64,000 bases of DNA, taken from assembly GCF_009914755.1 (NCBI RefSeq), contig NC_060936.1; one strand, written 5' to 3'. This document shows, piece by piece, positions 30,708-44,943 of the stretch. Positions within the stretch are counted from its first letter, which is position 1. The number at the start of each line of letters is the position of its first letter. Below the pieces are notes generated by a model, which saw only the letters and a program-made list of their open reading frames with translations, was not told where the DNA came from and did not search any database. The DNA comes from the human T2T-CHM13v2.0 reference genome, Homo sapiens. The translations under genes were made by a program, and so were the position numbers.

Positions 30708-33499
30708 CCAATAATGCAGTGTCAGTTCTTTATAAGGTGGCTTATTCCTGGAAACTCTTGTTATTTTGTAATTTTGTTAATTATGTTGCCCTTTATATTG
30801 ATGATTTAGATGTTTGAACATATCTTTTGTAGCTCTCTGCAGCCACATGTTATTCTTTTTGCTTTTGCTCCTGGGACTGAAAACTGTCGTCATCAAGAAC
30901 TTTTAACTAATCTTTAACAGATTTTAAAATAACTAACATATATTTAAATGTCATTACAAATAATATAATGCTAGCTCATATTTATTATTATACTTGTTGA
31001 ACTTTGGATTCAGTTAAAGGAATAAAGAATTATTTAACTTAGCATTTTCTTACTCTGACTTTTTAATCCTTTTTTACCCATTTTTAAAATAAATACAGTG
31101 TACCACTAAGGCAAAAGTCCCCAAAACTCTATTGTCTTCTTGTTCTTTCATTCTTTAAAAATATATATTGTATGCCAGCTCTTAATTGTGTTCATGGAAA
31201 CTTGTAAAACACTAATCAATATTCTATAAGCCAGATAAAATAAATATAAAAGGAAACATTTTATATCTGAATTTTAGAGGCTAATTCCCTTTCCTCAAAG
31301 AAAGAGAAGTTATATTATTCTCAAATTAAAGTGAAAATGAGTATGCTTTCTTATTGCTACTTGATTATTTAGGACTATATAGTGCCTTAAAGTCTCTATA
31401 CTATCCTTTCTGGTATAAGATTTATTTTTCTAAAATTTGAGAATGATAAAATTAGTAATAAATTTTGCTAGGAGTTATAGCATCGATATTGGGAAAAAAT
31501 AAGGCAACTATATTACAGGCACTAGTAAACATAGTATTATACATATTTCCTAGAACATATTTGACTATAAACATTTTTCTACAAATTAAGTAGATATTGT
31601 TGTCAATGCCTAATATCTTACCTATTTTTCATGGAACATAACATGTATGAGGCAAGGTTAGTTATACACAAGATGAAAAATCATGGTGAAAATATGATTA
31701 GAGTATCTGCTTTAGCAAAGAGAGAAATGGTAATTCTCTCCTCATTTTAAACATAAACAAGTTTCCTATCTTTATAATTAACCTATTGATAATATAAACC
31801 AAAGCACTTATCACAGAACATAGCAGTTGCTCAATTATTTTATTGATCTTCAGCAGTTACTAATACATTCTGTAAGCTAGCACACAAATAAGGTACTTCA
31901 CATAGAATAATGTCTTTAAATTACACTATCAGTTGCCATGTCACATTTAAAGAACTCATTCTCTAGTTATTAGATGTACTTGAATGTACTTATGTGATTT
32001 AGAGAATGTCAAGTCATGCAATATATTTTTGCAAATTTGATGAATTTTCATTTATATGTGTTAATTTTAAAATATTGTTTCAATCATTTAATATATTTTC
32101 TACACAGCTCTGCTGCATGGTCAATGAACAGTATGTCATTTGTGGTTTATCGTCAGCCATTTTTAATTAGACGAAATCCAACATTGCAAGTTTTAAAACT
32201 GAAGATTAGGCATCATTCCAAGTAGCAAATATTTTTGTTTTGGTTTTCTTCTAGGTTAATAACTTCTCTGACATTTGCACAACTGTGTTTGAAATATAGT
32301 CTAATAGAATATGTATTTGCCTTCTATAAAATTAATGTCCTAGACGATGATAAAATATGTTGAAGTTTTAAGGGAATTATTTTTTTTATTATCTTGGATT
32401 GGTCTATGAATTAATGAAATGGAAATTAATATACATGAGAGGATCAACTATAACTTTACATTAATTTAGAGTATTATAAGCAGTGGCTTAGAATAAGAGT
32501 TTACTTTTTGTGAATATCCAGGATAACTTTCACTAGCTTCTCCCTTTTTCACAATGCATTTCTTGGTAAATATTTTGTTATCATCACGACAGTGGGTGTT
32601 TCTAAAACCCATTCATATATTTTGCCCCATCTCTTCTTCCTTAGTGTGTTTTCCTCCTCCTCCAGGAAACCCCTTTTCTGCTGCCACCTGGAAGTACCCT
32701 CCTTTTTGCTCCCCTCATATCTTTGGCATTCTAAGTGCAATTGTGTTTACCACACCGTACTACAGTTGTGGTTTACTATCATTCAACCAAGATCTCTTGA
32801 GAAGAAGAAAGGCCATTTCTGCACCCAGTACTGACCACAGAAGTAGTGGGTTCTTATTAAATTGAAATTCATGAATGGAGGTTTGGCAGTTAAGTTTTTT
32901 CCTGTTATATTAAAACTGAGAAGCAATCCTAAAGAAAGAAAAATGACTTGGATAGAAACTCACATTTTAATCACATTTAGATGGTTCCTGCCCACTTAGT
33001 TAAAACAACTAGCATCTTTATCTATAAGTTGGATCATGTCAATGTACCTTTCTCAGCAGTGACTTCCTCTCTCTTCCCTCTCAGCTTCCCACACAGGGAC
33101 ATTACAGCCACGGATTTGCTCTTACTTTGAAGAAGCACGGGTACCTCAGTACCTAGATCTTCTTTTGAGTTTGCACAACCTTGGAGATGCAGAGTAGTTA
33201 AGTTGTAGTCAGAAGAGCCCTGATTCCTCCCGGCTTGGATTAAGTGGTACCCTAAATCCTAAATACCTTCTAATGCCCTTTAGTCTGGGCCTGGCCAGAT
33301 ACTTCTTTCCTGAGTCCATTACCAGAAATCTTTGGAATGTGGCCTGCAGAGACCACAGACAATTGGCACTCATTTTTCAACAAACAAAGTAGGTTAGAAA
33401 ATAATTTTCCAGCTATAATAATACAAAGAGCCACCAATCATGAAATATTTATTTATAATAGCAATGCACTCTGTATCTTTGTTAAAATAACACAATTAG

Positions 33500-33655
33500 C
33501 TAATTGTTACTATCACCATTTTACTGATGAAGTCACTGAAATTCAGAGAGTTTATGTAACTTGTCCAAAGTCCTACAGCTGGTTAAGCTAGGAGCCAGAA
33601 TTCAAATGATTTAGTTCTAACACTAAAGCATGTGCTCTTAATCTGTATACTATGT
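33500..33655 (-). mobile_element. MIR
   Basis: ccattttactgatgaagtcactgaaattcagagagtttatgtaacttgtccaaagtcc. Confidence 0.75.
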
Positions 33656-34059
33656 TAGGATGGGATTAGTTCCATATGGCAATTTTTAGCAAGAACCTGA
33701 TATTGGGACATGACATAGCAACAAGAGAAGAGAAACAGAGATACCCAGAAATACACAGGTCATTCTATAAGTAACTACTATATTGCAGAATAAATAGTGA
33801 ATGCCAGATAGGCACAGCTAAAATTTCTAGCACTCCAACTCCAAACCAAATTTTGTTAACTATTTGGGAGAGGACCTGACATAGCTTCTGCCATTATCTA
33901 AACAGACAGAATCCACATGATTCTTGGAGGAGGAAAAAATTAAATAAACTCAGATTACTTTCTTTTAATCTTCTAGACTCCATCCGTACAAGTGGAAAAT
34001 TCATCTGACTCAGTTAAAACTAACATATTTAAAGCACCAATTATATAGTCCAATTAAAG

Positions 34060-34440
34060 TATTATCTAAATATAACATTTAGATCATAATTTATTATATT
34101 ATAAATATTTGGATATTTATAAATATTATATTTAGATATTTATAAATATTATAAATATTTAGATATTTATAAATATTATAAATATTTAGATATTTATAAA
34201 TATTTATAATATTTAGATATTTATAAATATTATAAATATTTAGATATTTATAAATATTATAAATATTTAGATATTTATAAATATTATATTTAGATATTTA
34301 TAAATATTATATTTAGATATTTATAAATATTAAGATATTTATATTATAAATATTTAGATATTTATATTATTATATTTAGATATTTATAAATATTATTATA
34401 AATATTTAGATATTATTTATAAATATTTAGATAATATTTT
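34060..34440. repeat. AT-rich minisatellite (unit ~TATTTAGATATTTATAAATATTATAAA, 23-27 bp variants)
   Basis: About 13 imperfect copies anchored on ATTTAGAT. Confidence 0.95.
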
Positions 34441-36278
34441 ATTTCCTCTAAAGAAAGAGCCATGTATTCCTGGTCCAAGATTATATTCTAAACACAGGCT
34501 TAACTTAAAATAGACCATGATCACTACAAAAAGGAAGAAAGGTGATAAATAACACTTAAAAATCTCACATGTACATTAGTAGACCCTTTACAAGGAAAAT
34601 ATTATTAAAGTTTAATGTGCAACTAATTTAGCTCGGTGAAATATTTTTGATATGTATTAAAAAATCAACCTATGGCTAGCTAACAATGTAATTCTCAGAA
34701 TATGCAATATCAACATAAGACTCTGTTCATATTTCTGAATTAAGCACTTTAGTGGATATTGGTTTAGATGGGCTGATTGCTTGATTTTAAATCTTATTTG
34801 ATGAATTTGGAATGGAAGATTAAGAAATAAAGGTAGAGAGGTATGATTGGAGTATAAGTTATATTTAGACTGTGAAAAGGGAGAAGATTAAGTTTGTGGT
34901 CTTTGCTTTTTGTTTTCTGGCGTTTTGGCGTGATTTTTTTTATTTTTATATTTTGCTTTTCTTATACATAAGCATGAGATGATGAGATCCTAAACTTCTA
35001 ATGCACAGGCAATAAAGGTGAAGAGTCGTGAGAGATTCTAGAGCTATACTGGAGATCAAATCAGTTGGACTTGGCACCCAAGTTGATATATTACAGGCGA
35101 GGAAGAAAAAGCACTTTGCAAATGACGGCATTTTCTATTATGAATAATTAAGTGCATGGTACCTCATGAACTGAACTAAGTAGTGCAGGAGGATGGACAA
35201 TTTTTATAGGAGTAGTGGCAGGAATAGGGAGTATAGAGGGAGAGAGAAGTGGTCCTGTGACAAACGCAAGAACCTCAACATGGAAAAACAGGTAAAGTGA
35301 ACAAGAGATAAAACAATCCAGGTAAGACATAGTAAATCCAAAATGAGTCAATGCTCCCAAGCTTCTTTTTAGGTTTCCTAACATTTCTCTCAACACCTAG
35401 AAAATTCATTATGAATTACTTCATACATGTTACTATATCATCATTGACAAACACCTAAAAGTCCCTGTTTCCACTGTCAAGATAAATGAGTATAATAAGA
35501 CACAAGTCTTGAAAAGAGAAAAAGCAATAATAACCAAAAATTGTATGATGGAATGAATAAAAGAAGCCTGGCAATACTGATAGAAATGCTGGTATTGAAG
35601 GAATTTCAGTTCCATTCACTTGTGGGAATTTGATTTGTTCAATGTAAACAAAATGGTTTCTTAAAGAATTTCCCAGAATTCCAAATGGTTAGAAAGAAGT
35701 AACTACTCTGCTGATTTTATAAATAAACTCCTGCAAAAGTGATGAAAGTTAATCTTTTTTTCCCCTTTTTTTAACTTAAAAAGAATTTGAAAAGAACTTA
35801 AAATTTCAAGGTTTAACACCATGAAACTATGACTAAGGATGAGCCTTTTCAGAAAAGAAGGAAGTCTGAAAAATATATAAACAGAACCAAGGAAATTCTG
35901 TGCAGATACAATCCAAGGTGATTAGAATTATTTTATATCTTCAGGTTGAGAAACTGAACAAGCACAATCTCTTAGAAATTTTTTAGACTAGTCAATGTCC
36001 AATTCTAGCCAGTGACTCCTTACACACTTCAGACTATAGTTAAAATAGCTGAAAAATTATTTCTGCTGTGAAAGTACAAAGAGAAGATTCAGCTTGTTAT
36101 GATCCTCTTAATAGTTTCAGTGATTCAATGAATTTGGACAATTTCTTATAAGAACTTCACGTGCATATAGCAAAACAGAGAGACACCAATTAATCCTTTT
36201 TGATAGATGGATGACACTGAATTGTGAAATAAGGTCCCAAGATCTAACAAACAAATGAATTCAAGGTCATAAAAAGAA

Positions 36279-36398
36279 GAAAAATCTTAATAGCAAATAC
36301 CAAATACCAATACACTAGGAGAAAAATCTTAATACCAAATACCAAATCTTAATGCCCTTAATACCAAATACCGATCTTAATACCAAATACCAAAATAC
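36279..36398. repeat. Short irregular tandem repeat of TCTTAATACCAAATACC
   Basis: Four to five imperfect copies built from (AAATACC) subunits. Confidence 0.85.
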
Positions 36399-36669
36399 AG
36401 CCTCAAACAGGTGAATCACTCATTTGTCATAGCCTCAAAGCCAAAGATGACTGAAGACCAACAGAACTTTTTGCCCCAGTTTTATCCTGAGAAAGTTTCC
36501 AGGGTAGTTCTGTCTCTGCATCACCATTTGAAACCAGTGAGAGAATGGGATTATTGGCTGTCATTGCTATTGAGGCTTTTAGAAACCTCTAGTCATTTTC
36601 AACTCTCAACTCATTACATTAAGGAAGGCGGCATCACTGCATTCTCTAGTAATGTTTAAAGATGTTTAT

Positions 36670-36885
36670 GAAGCAGCCAGGATGTAGAGGAAATAGTACT
36701 GGGCTTAGATTCTGGTTTATGTTCAATACCTAAGTTTACTGTCTTTTAGGTATGTAAATATAAGCCCTAGGTCCCTAATCTGTAAATACAAATAATGATA
36801 CATACTTTAACTGTATCTTATAAGAATTTAGTAAAATAAATGTTGTAATGTGTCCTAGACAAATTAGGCACTTACTAAGTGGTTT
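36670..36885 (+). mobile_element. MIR
   Basis: gatgtagaggaaatagtactgggc...ccctaatctgtaaa... Confidence 0.55.
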
Positions 36886-36911
36886 AAAAGAATTAAAAAA
36901 TCCATTGAACA

Positions 36912-37200
36912 GGCCAAGTGCAGTGGCCTGAGCCTGTAATCCGAGTACTTTGCAGGGTCGAGGTGAGAGGATTGCTTGAATCCAGGAGTTCCAGACCAGC
37001 CTGGGCAACATTGTGAGACCCTATATCTACGAAAAATATAAAAACTTAGCTGGGAATGGTCATGCATGTCTCTAATCCCATCTACTCAGAAGGCTGAAGT
37101 GAGAGGATCACTTGAGCCTGGGAAGTAAAGGCTTTGGTGAGCTGTGATCGCATCTTTGCACTCACTCAGGCAACTGAGTGAGTTTGTCGGAAAAAAAAAA
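36912..37200 (+). mobile_element. Alu (AluJ-like)
   Basis: gaggattgcttgaatccaggagttcc and gaggatcacttgagcctggg are J-type; short TSD tgaacag. Confidence 0.92.
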
Positions 37201-40200
37201 TGAACAGATATTTGTTAATGACATATTATGGATCAGGCTGTCCAGAATCTTATGAATAAATGAAATAATTTTAAGGAAAATTGAGTCTCATGGCCAGTTA
37301 GTTTCACTCTTTCTCTTTATTGTCAATACCCACAAACACCAGCCAGTCTCCACAAAAAAAGAGAAGCAAAGCAATAGAACGAGCAATTTTTGTGGTGGGG
37401 GATGATTGCAAGGGACAGTCTTTCTTTGTATGTAAATAAACCCACAGGGCCATGTATCTGTTGAAAATGTCCAAGAAGTCCTAGTCACAGTGCTCAACTG
37501 GTCCCTCAAGACTTGCACTGAAGAGGAACCATTAACCTTGGCATAGTGGAACATGTAAATTTTCAAACTTTCTCTCTGGTTCTACTTGTCTCTTTGCCTC
37601 AAAAACTAATTTGGAGAAGGCAAGGTAGAGGCAGTGGAAGGAATAATTTAGCACTTGTTTTTATAAGTATGGCAAAATGGAATGGGCATTTGAAGTTGCC
37701 AGTCTTTCTAACTTTGATTGAGGCTGAGAAAAGTTACTCCTGGTGATAACTCAGTGTATTTCACAAAGTTGGGGCTGTAAATGTGAGAACATTCTGTCAA
37801 ATAGCTATTTCCAAAGCCAAGTGCACAGATTACCTAATAAACTGGCTCTGGTTGTTGGTTAATTAATCACAAATTAAAAACTTGAATGTTATTTATAAAA
37901 TATTTTGTATACGTTGGGAATAAAACAAACCCATGAAACCCATTATACATAATTCTGTGTATTCTATAGAACAGAACCCAGATACCAAGGTCTGAGTCTC
38001 TTCTGTCTTATTCCAGACTGAGTATGTTCTCACTAAATACTCACTAAAAAATCAAATATCTTTTTAAATGAATGAACTACATTTAATATTGCAAATTCAC
38101 AATTCATAGATGGTTTTTACTTTGCATTTTAACCCCATTATGTAAGTATTAGACTCCCAATTTTACAAATAAGTAAATGGAGCACAGAGAGATTTAGTAC
38201 CTTATGAGAGGCCACACACTCAAGTGAGTGGTAACAGTATGCAGATAGAATTGTCTCACCTCAAGTCTCATGCTTTTGTGTAAATGTCACCTTGCATTTC
38301 TAAAGAAGTAGGTAAGCCAGTTTTAAAAGTCCTCATAATTATGGTCTCACCTTGCCCCAAAATATCAAAATTGGGCTTGTTGAGCATGTGCTTATTGGCC
38401 AGCTTCTTATAAAAGCTAGAAGTTGCTTTTATATTTCCCAGCAAATCAACTGGTCATCACTCTATTGGAAATGCTCACTCCTTTCTCAAAGAGGAAATGC
38501 ATCCTGGTGATCTGGTGTTTTCTGACAGGGAAAGGGCCAGAGTCAACAGTAAGGAACAAATACAACTGCCAGGATAAGCTGCCAGAAAACCATGTACCTC
38601 TGCCAAACAAACAAAGATCTATTTTGCTTGGCATGTGGGTTTGGGTTCACAATTGCCAAACGAATAGGAGCAGAAAGATTAGTGGGCTTCACTGGATGGA
38701 AAAACCCACCGAAGCCACTAGCACTTAGATGATCAAGCACTTAATGTATATTTATAAACTAATATCAACTTTGATTAGCATAAATAAGGGAAAATGTAAC
38801 AAATATGTTTGCAAATTTTATGGCTCAATGCTTGATATTCTCAAATATATTATGGTTTGCCTAGAATTACAGACTCAGGGCTGTAGTAGGAACCTTAAAA
38901 CTTATAACATTAAACCCTATCATTTTACAGAAGGAAAATCCACATCCTTGAGAAGTAAAACAGCCAAAGATCACAGAAGCATCAGAACCATGTCTTGAGC
39001 CCAAATATTCTCTGTTGCTAAAGTTATATAACTAGCTATTGACAGAACTAGAGGTAGGTCTTAAGCTGTCTTTTTTCTTCTCTACCTAGCTTAGTATTTG
39101 AGTGTTGCTATCTCAAGTAGGCAAAGGGAAATAAAATCATCAAAAGCAAAATAAGCAAGCTGATACACAGACAATATCATAAAATAGATATTTTAGGGAA
39201 AAAACAAAAATCATCAAATGTGCAAAAATTCTGCTGAACCTCAAAGATCAAACCCATTTTATTTTCTGATTTCTCTTTGGGTCTCTTCTTTAGAAACTCT
39301 TAAAACCAATTAGTGTGACTATCCATTACTTTATTTTGTCAAAGTCATGAAGTTAATGCTTATAATAATCTAAAATTGAAAATTACATTAACGTTTTCCC
39401 CAAGAAACTGGTTTGAAGCCAATTCAGCTAACTTTCTAAAAAGACACCTCCTTTGTTAACATTAGACCATTCATAAAAATAACAATTTTGATATATAGTT
39501 CAAAGAAAATGTTAACAGTAACCTCACTGAATTACAGCAGTGTTACTGAAAATTGTATGCTAGTTTCCAGGCAAGTACAACTTTTCTACCTTACAGATTT
39601 GCAAGTTTTACATCTCAACTCTAGTCTATACTTGCATTGTTGATAACATTTAGACAGGATGGAAACCTGGAAAGAAAAAAATTATGCAAGAGAAAATGTG
39701 CAAGGAGAAAGAGACAAAGATGAGACAGAAATGCTAAAAATGAATCAAGCAATAATTCAAAGATTCCTTTGTTTCAGACATTTCATAAAATCTCAGTTAA
39801 TACATTTAAAACATTTGTTTTTACCTCAATAGCTTCACATTGACCAAGTGTTAATTCAAGGAAGTAAATGGGACTGCATGAATTTTTTAAAATTATCATT
39901 GTCAGAAAATTAACCATACAATAAAGTAGATTTCAGTGTCTCAAAGTAAAACATACCTCTTCTTCTTTTAATGTTTGTTTTTATATATTTCTGCCACAAA
40001 ATTTAATAAAATAAATACCTAACTGATTTCCTCACCTAGTTCTGACAGCAATCCAATGGAGAAACAAACACAATTCAGTAATTTGCAGAATGGAACACCA
40101 CCAGTAAAAGAACCCCAGAAAATTCCCAACTGATTAGACTAAGTCCAAAACAAAGCTCTTCACCATAAATTTACCATTTTTTCAGACAAATTCTTATGAG

Positions 40201-41063
40201 TGACTAAATTTGCAAAGTGGCAAACTCACACCAGGCCTTTCTGTACAAATAAATAAGATAAAAAATGCTGAAAAATTCGAACGCTGCACCTACCTTGACT
40301 GCGTCCCAGTGGTTACTCATAAAAATGGATCCAGTACTCTGACAAGTTCACTGAAAGTGTTGTCTTCAGTAGCTAAAGAGAGCACTTGCTTTTCTTGTGT
40401 TGATTAGCCTCAAGCAATTGGGAAAATAGCTAAAAGCTGAGAAAGGCAAATTAGAGAGGTTTTAAATGATACAGGTGAGCAAAGTCCTGAAACACGTTTT
40501 TCCAATTACCACAAATTTACCAGAAAACGTACTTTTCCACAGCTATGGGCAGAATATAATTCCTGTGTGATGGTCCTTGATAGAAAGTTACTGTGGTCAA
40601 CAAGTTTGGGAGATACTGATTATCCTCTGTTGCTTTGATGATTCTCAACATGCATTTATTTGCACTTTTTAGATGAGAGTAGTCTCTTTTTTGCCCCAGA
40701 ACTCCTCTTTTGCTCCTGGATCCACACAGCCCTTTCACTGGGCAAAGTACCGTTCCTCCTGAGATAAGAATGAAAGCTACCATCTTCTTACATGGCCCTG
40801 CTTCCTTGGCCAGAGTGATTGGTTGAGTGATGGAAAGCTTCTCCAAACTAGTTCAATCAAAGAAGCCACTAACTCAGCCACAGTTATTGGTCTGGGGATA
40901 GGTGTGTGACCTGATGTTTGCAAAGCAGAGCCTTTCCTTAAGAATTTTTCATTAGTGTTGGGGTAAAACGATAGCCCAGTCTGTTTGTTCTTAAGAATAC
41001 GTGATGTGAGCTAGGAGGTCATATCTCTCTTGAGAGAAGTCAGTCTGAGAATGTGAGGCAACA

Positions 41064-41359
41064 GGCCGGGCGCGGTAGCTCACGCCTGTAATCCCAGCAT
41101 TTTGGGAAGCCGAGGCGGGCGGATCACGAGGTCAGGAGTTGAGACCATCCTGGCTAGCACAGTGAAACCCCATCTCTACTAAAAATACAAAAATTAGCCG
41201 GGCATGGTGGCGGGCGCCTGTAGTCCCAGCTACTCGGGAGGCTGAGGCAGGAGAATGGCGTGAACCCGGGAGGCAGAGCTTTCAGTTAGCCGAGATCGCG
41301 CCACTGCACTGCAGCCTGGGCGACTGAGTGAGACTCCATCTCAAAAAAAAAAAAAAAAC
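41064..41359 (+). mobile_element. AluY-like element, CpG-rich
   Basis: ggccgggcgcggtagctcacgcc...gaatggcgtgaacccggg; TSD AATGTGAGGCAA at 41050-41061 and 41360-41371. Confidence 0.97.
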
Positions 41360-41937
41360 AATGTGAGGCAAATTGTAAAAGAACAAGAGGTGAAAGCCAG
41401 AGACTTGGAAGATGCAGGCATTCAATTATCTGCTCCAGTGTGCCTGTAAAACATCAGCTGTTAGGTTGGGGTTCTGTTTCTTAAAACCAAAGATCCCTGA
41501 CTACCATGCTACACAAACACTGGAGCTGGAAGCTAGACTCTTACAGAAAAACTCAGTATGCCCAGCTTATGCCATTGTTTGCTTTATTTTATCCAACTAC
41601 TTTTCCAGAAATACAGTGCAGGTCTAGAACAAGAAATAAACTTCATGAAATGTAGTAGGAATTGCTACCATTTACTGGGAGTTATCTATTAATCATGCAT
41701 TTCTGAAATGCTTTACATAAAGCAGTTGTTTTCAAACCGTGATAAGCAGAGTCCCACATGTTCCATGGGGTGATAGAGTTGCGGGAAGTACAGGTGCCAG
41801 CATGAAAATAGAGAAGACAAAAATCTGGTGGTTTCCTGCTCTTAAACCCATCTTTGAGTAAAGCATCCCCCTTTCACCCAGTTCAATAATGGATTTCCAC
41901 ATATAATTACTTCTGAAGAAAGGTTATGCTACCTCTC

Positions 41938-41938
<1 letters not shown>

Positions 41939-41974
<36 letters not shown>
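41939..41974. repeat. (AGAT)9 tetranucleotide STR
   Basis: Direct reading. Confidence 0.97.
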
Positions 41975-42201
41975 GCCATGAGACATATTATTATCCCTAT
42001 TTTATAGTTGAAGGAAAAAGGTTTAATTTTTTTTTAATTTTTTCAAATTAAAAAAATTAAAGAACATGCTCAAGATTACCCAGATTATGCAGCCAGTAAA
42101 AGGCAGAGGTAGAGTTTGAACTTTGCTTTGCCTGTTTCCAGAACGTCTGACTCAGCTGCCATGTGATACTGTTCCCAATATATCCTTGTGGCTCCTACTA
42201 G

Positions 42202-42526
<325 letters not shown>

Positions 42527-42568
42527 TCATTGCTTGCTTTATTGATACTCATATTAGCCAGCTTGTCC

Positions 42569-43145
42569 TGTTAAAATTAAATAGCCAAAGATCAAACAGA
42601 AACCTGTAGTCCGACAAAGCCAGAGTTATTGACTGGATGTAGCAAGGAAACACACACCAGAGCAATCATGGAATACCATGCAGGTGCGAAGGAGAAGTGT
42701 CTTATGTAAGGTTTGAGTTCCTGCTGAAGAATTCTGAGGAGGGTGGAAATAAACTGGCAGTCAGATCTGGATTAGTTCTGTTTCTGAAGTGGGAATAGGA
42801 GAAGCAGGAATTAACTAGAGCTGGGGCTGTCATGAGGGGAGTGCAGTCCAGCAATTGGGTATTCCCACTAATAGGTGGGACAAGAAGAGCAGAGCTGGGG
42901 CATCATTGGTAACAGCACCATCCACTTGGTGAGGAGGTCATGATGGCATTCTACAGCAGCTCTGTGATCTTGGTAGTGTTTCCTGTGAACTTTACAGTTG
43001 GCATTATCCATGTCTGTCATACGAATCTGAATAAAGGTTTTGTTATTTTTCTGCCTCAGCTGATTTTCACTCTAATCATAGGGATGTTTTTACTCTTTCA
43101 GTTCTCAAACGTGCTGTCCCAGCAGGAGTTTTATTGAACTCAACA
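42569..43145. mobile_element. Possible old ERV solo LTR
   Basis: TGT...ACA-bounded ~580-bp block of distinct composition; family not recognised. Confidence 0.3.
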
Positions 43146-44657
43146 ATTTTCAACGCAAGCATCCATTCATGTGTACCTAATATACCTCATATATATTAGG
43201 CACACCTCTAGGCAGTGGGGAATCAACCATCTAATAAAAACACTTTCTTCCATATGGCCAGGGCCATTAATAGACCTCGGAAGAATAAAAAATAATGTCG
43301 GACCAGGACTAGTTGGAGGACTCCTGGACTGAGTAGTAAAATCATTGCCTTCTGATATTATATTATGAATTTTTAATATTATCTCTTTAATAGGAAAAAA
43401 CTATTTTCTGAGGAAAAGTAATCATAGGAAGGTATAACCCCTTTCTTTGTCCAGGTTCCTAGAAGTTAGAGAGATTATGCAATATAGAATAAAATAAAAA
43501 GAAATATCAGGGGTCACACTGAAGGTCACAGTGGTTTCCTCTAACCATCTTCTTCCTTAGACCCCCTGTGCTCTGTAATAAGAAAAAATTCAGGGCCTAC
43601 AATGGAGGCATAACTCAATCATTTAACATTATAGGTTGAGTACTTTCTATGCACTAGGCTTGGTATTAGTCAACACAGCTAAAACATAATTTGGATATCA
43701 TCTCTGTCTTGAAGTTGTTCATAATATAGAGATATTAGCAGTTGTGGTCACAAAATGTGACACCACAAAGAGAAAATTCTAAATGTTATGGCATCGTCAG
43801 CAATAGGCAAGCAGTAGAAACAAAGACTGCATCACAGTGTCCAGATTGAAGAATCAGAAAGGAAGTTTGTATTAAAAACCAAGTAGAGCAGTTTTCTACT
43901 TATCAGAAAGCCTGCAGTACTGCTCAACTTTTAATTGAAATGTCTGTTTTCAGCATCACTCTCCATATAGCGGGAATTCTCCCTGAAGGAAGTATGAAAT
44001 CAAAGTTTAGATTTAAAAAAAAATCAAGAATTCCCATGGAAGAGATATAGTACTCCAAATTGGTTTTACATTTCTTCTGATAGAGAAAAATTATTCACAA
44101 GATCAATGATTTGTTCAGGTTTAACATTCATCAGCTATGTGAAAAGCAAAATATGTGTTTACTATATAACACATAAGTACCAGAATTATGATTGATAGCA
44201 GTATTCTGATATATATGTTGTTAGATTCAAAACCAATATATATTGAAAAACTCCTCAAGAATATATGTCATTTAAAATGACATTAGATAGTACTTCAATT
44301 CGGTCTCTAATTTCTGTTTGGAATGTGGGATAGAAGTAAAGATGAAGACCAAAATTACATAAGCTTGAGCCATTAGAGAAATTAAATATAACACACGTAA
44401 ACATGGAGAGTTTATTTCAAATATCCTGATGTCAAAGCCACAAATTATGAAATTGTATTTGGTTTTCATAGTAGTACCAAAACATCAAGATGGCATCCAC
44501 AATTCACTAAATTTCTTTCGAGCAGCCACAGTTTGTACTTTGCCAACCCACATATTCAGCCAAGTACATAAACATGTCCCCATGATAGATGTAATTTGTG
44601 GTCAAAAGACAGAGCATTGTGGAGACCCTGCAGTCATCCTCAGACAAAAAAGGCTTC

Positions 44658-44943
44658 AGAATGATGATTTCCAATTCCTATCGCAAGAACAAAAAACCAA
44701 ACACCGCATATTCTCACTCATAGGTGGGAATTGAACAATGAGATCACATGGACACAGGAAGGGGAATATCACACTCTGGGGACTGTGGTGGGGTGGGGGA
44801 GGGGGGAGGGATAGCATTGGGAGATATACCTAATGCTAGATGACGAGTTAGTGGGTGCAGCGCACCAGCATGGCACATGTATACATATGTAACTAACCTG
44901 CACAATGTGCACATGTACCCTAAAACTTAAAGTATAATAAAAA
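44658..44943 (+). mobile_element. Short young L1 (L1PA2-like) with ~19-bp 5' inversion
   Basis: L1 3' end from 44678 (gagatcacatgg, gaatatcac, gacgagttagtgggtgcagcgcacc); TSD AAAAAAGGCTTCAG at 44646-44659 and 44944-44957. Confidence 0.95.

Noticed and set aside
34060-36398. Repeat arrays as CRISPR-like structures
   Set aside because: No unique spacers; eukaryotic minisatellites.
40294-40350. Possible 57-nt minus-strand exon (ctttcag|...AAG|gtaggt)
   Set aside because: Weak pyrimidine tract and no partner exons identified; expected by chance in 40 kb.
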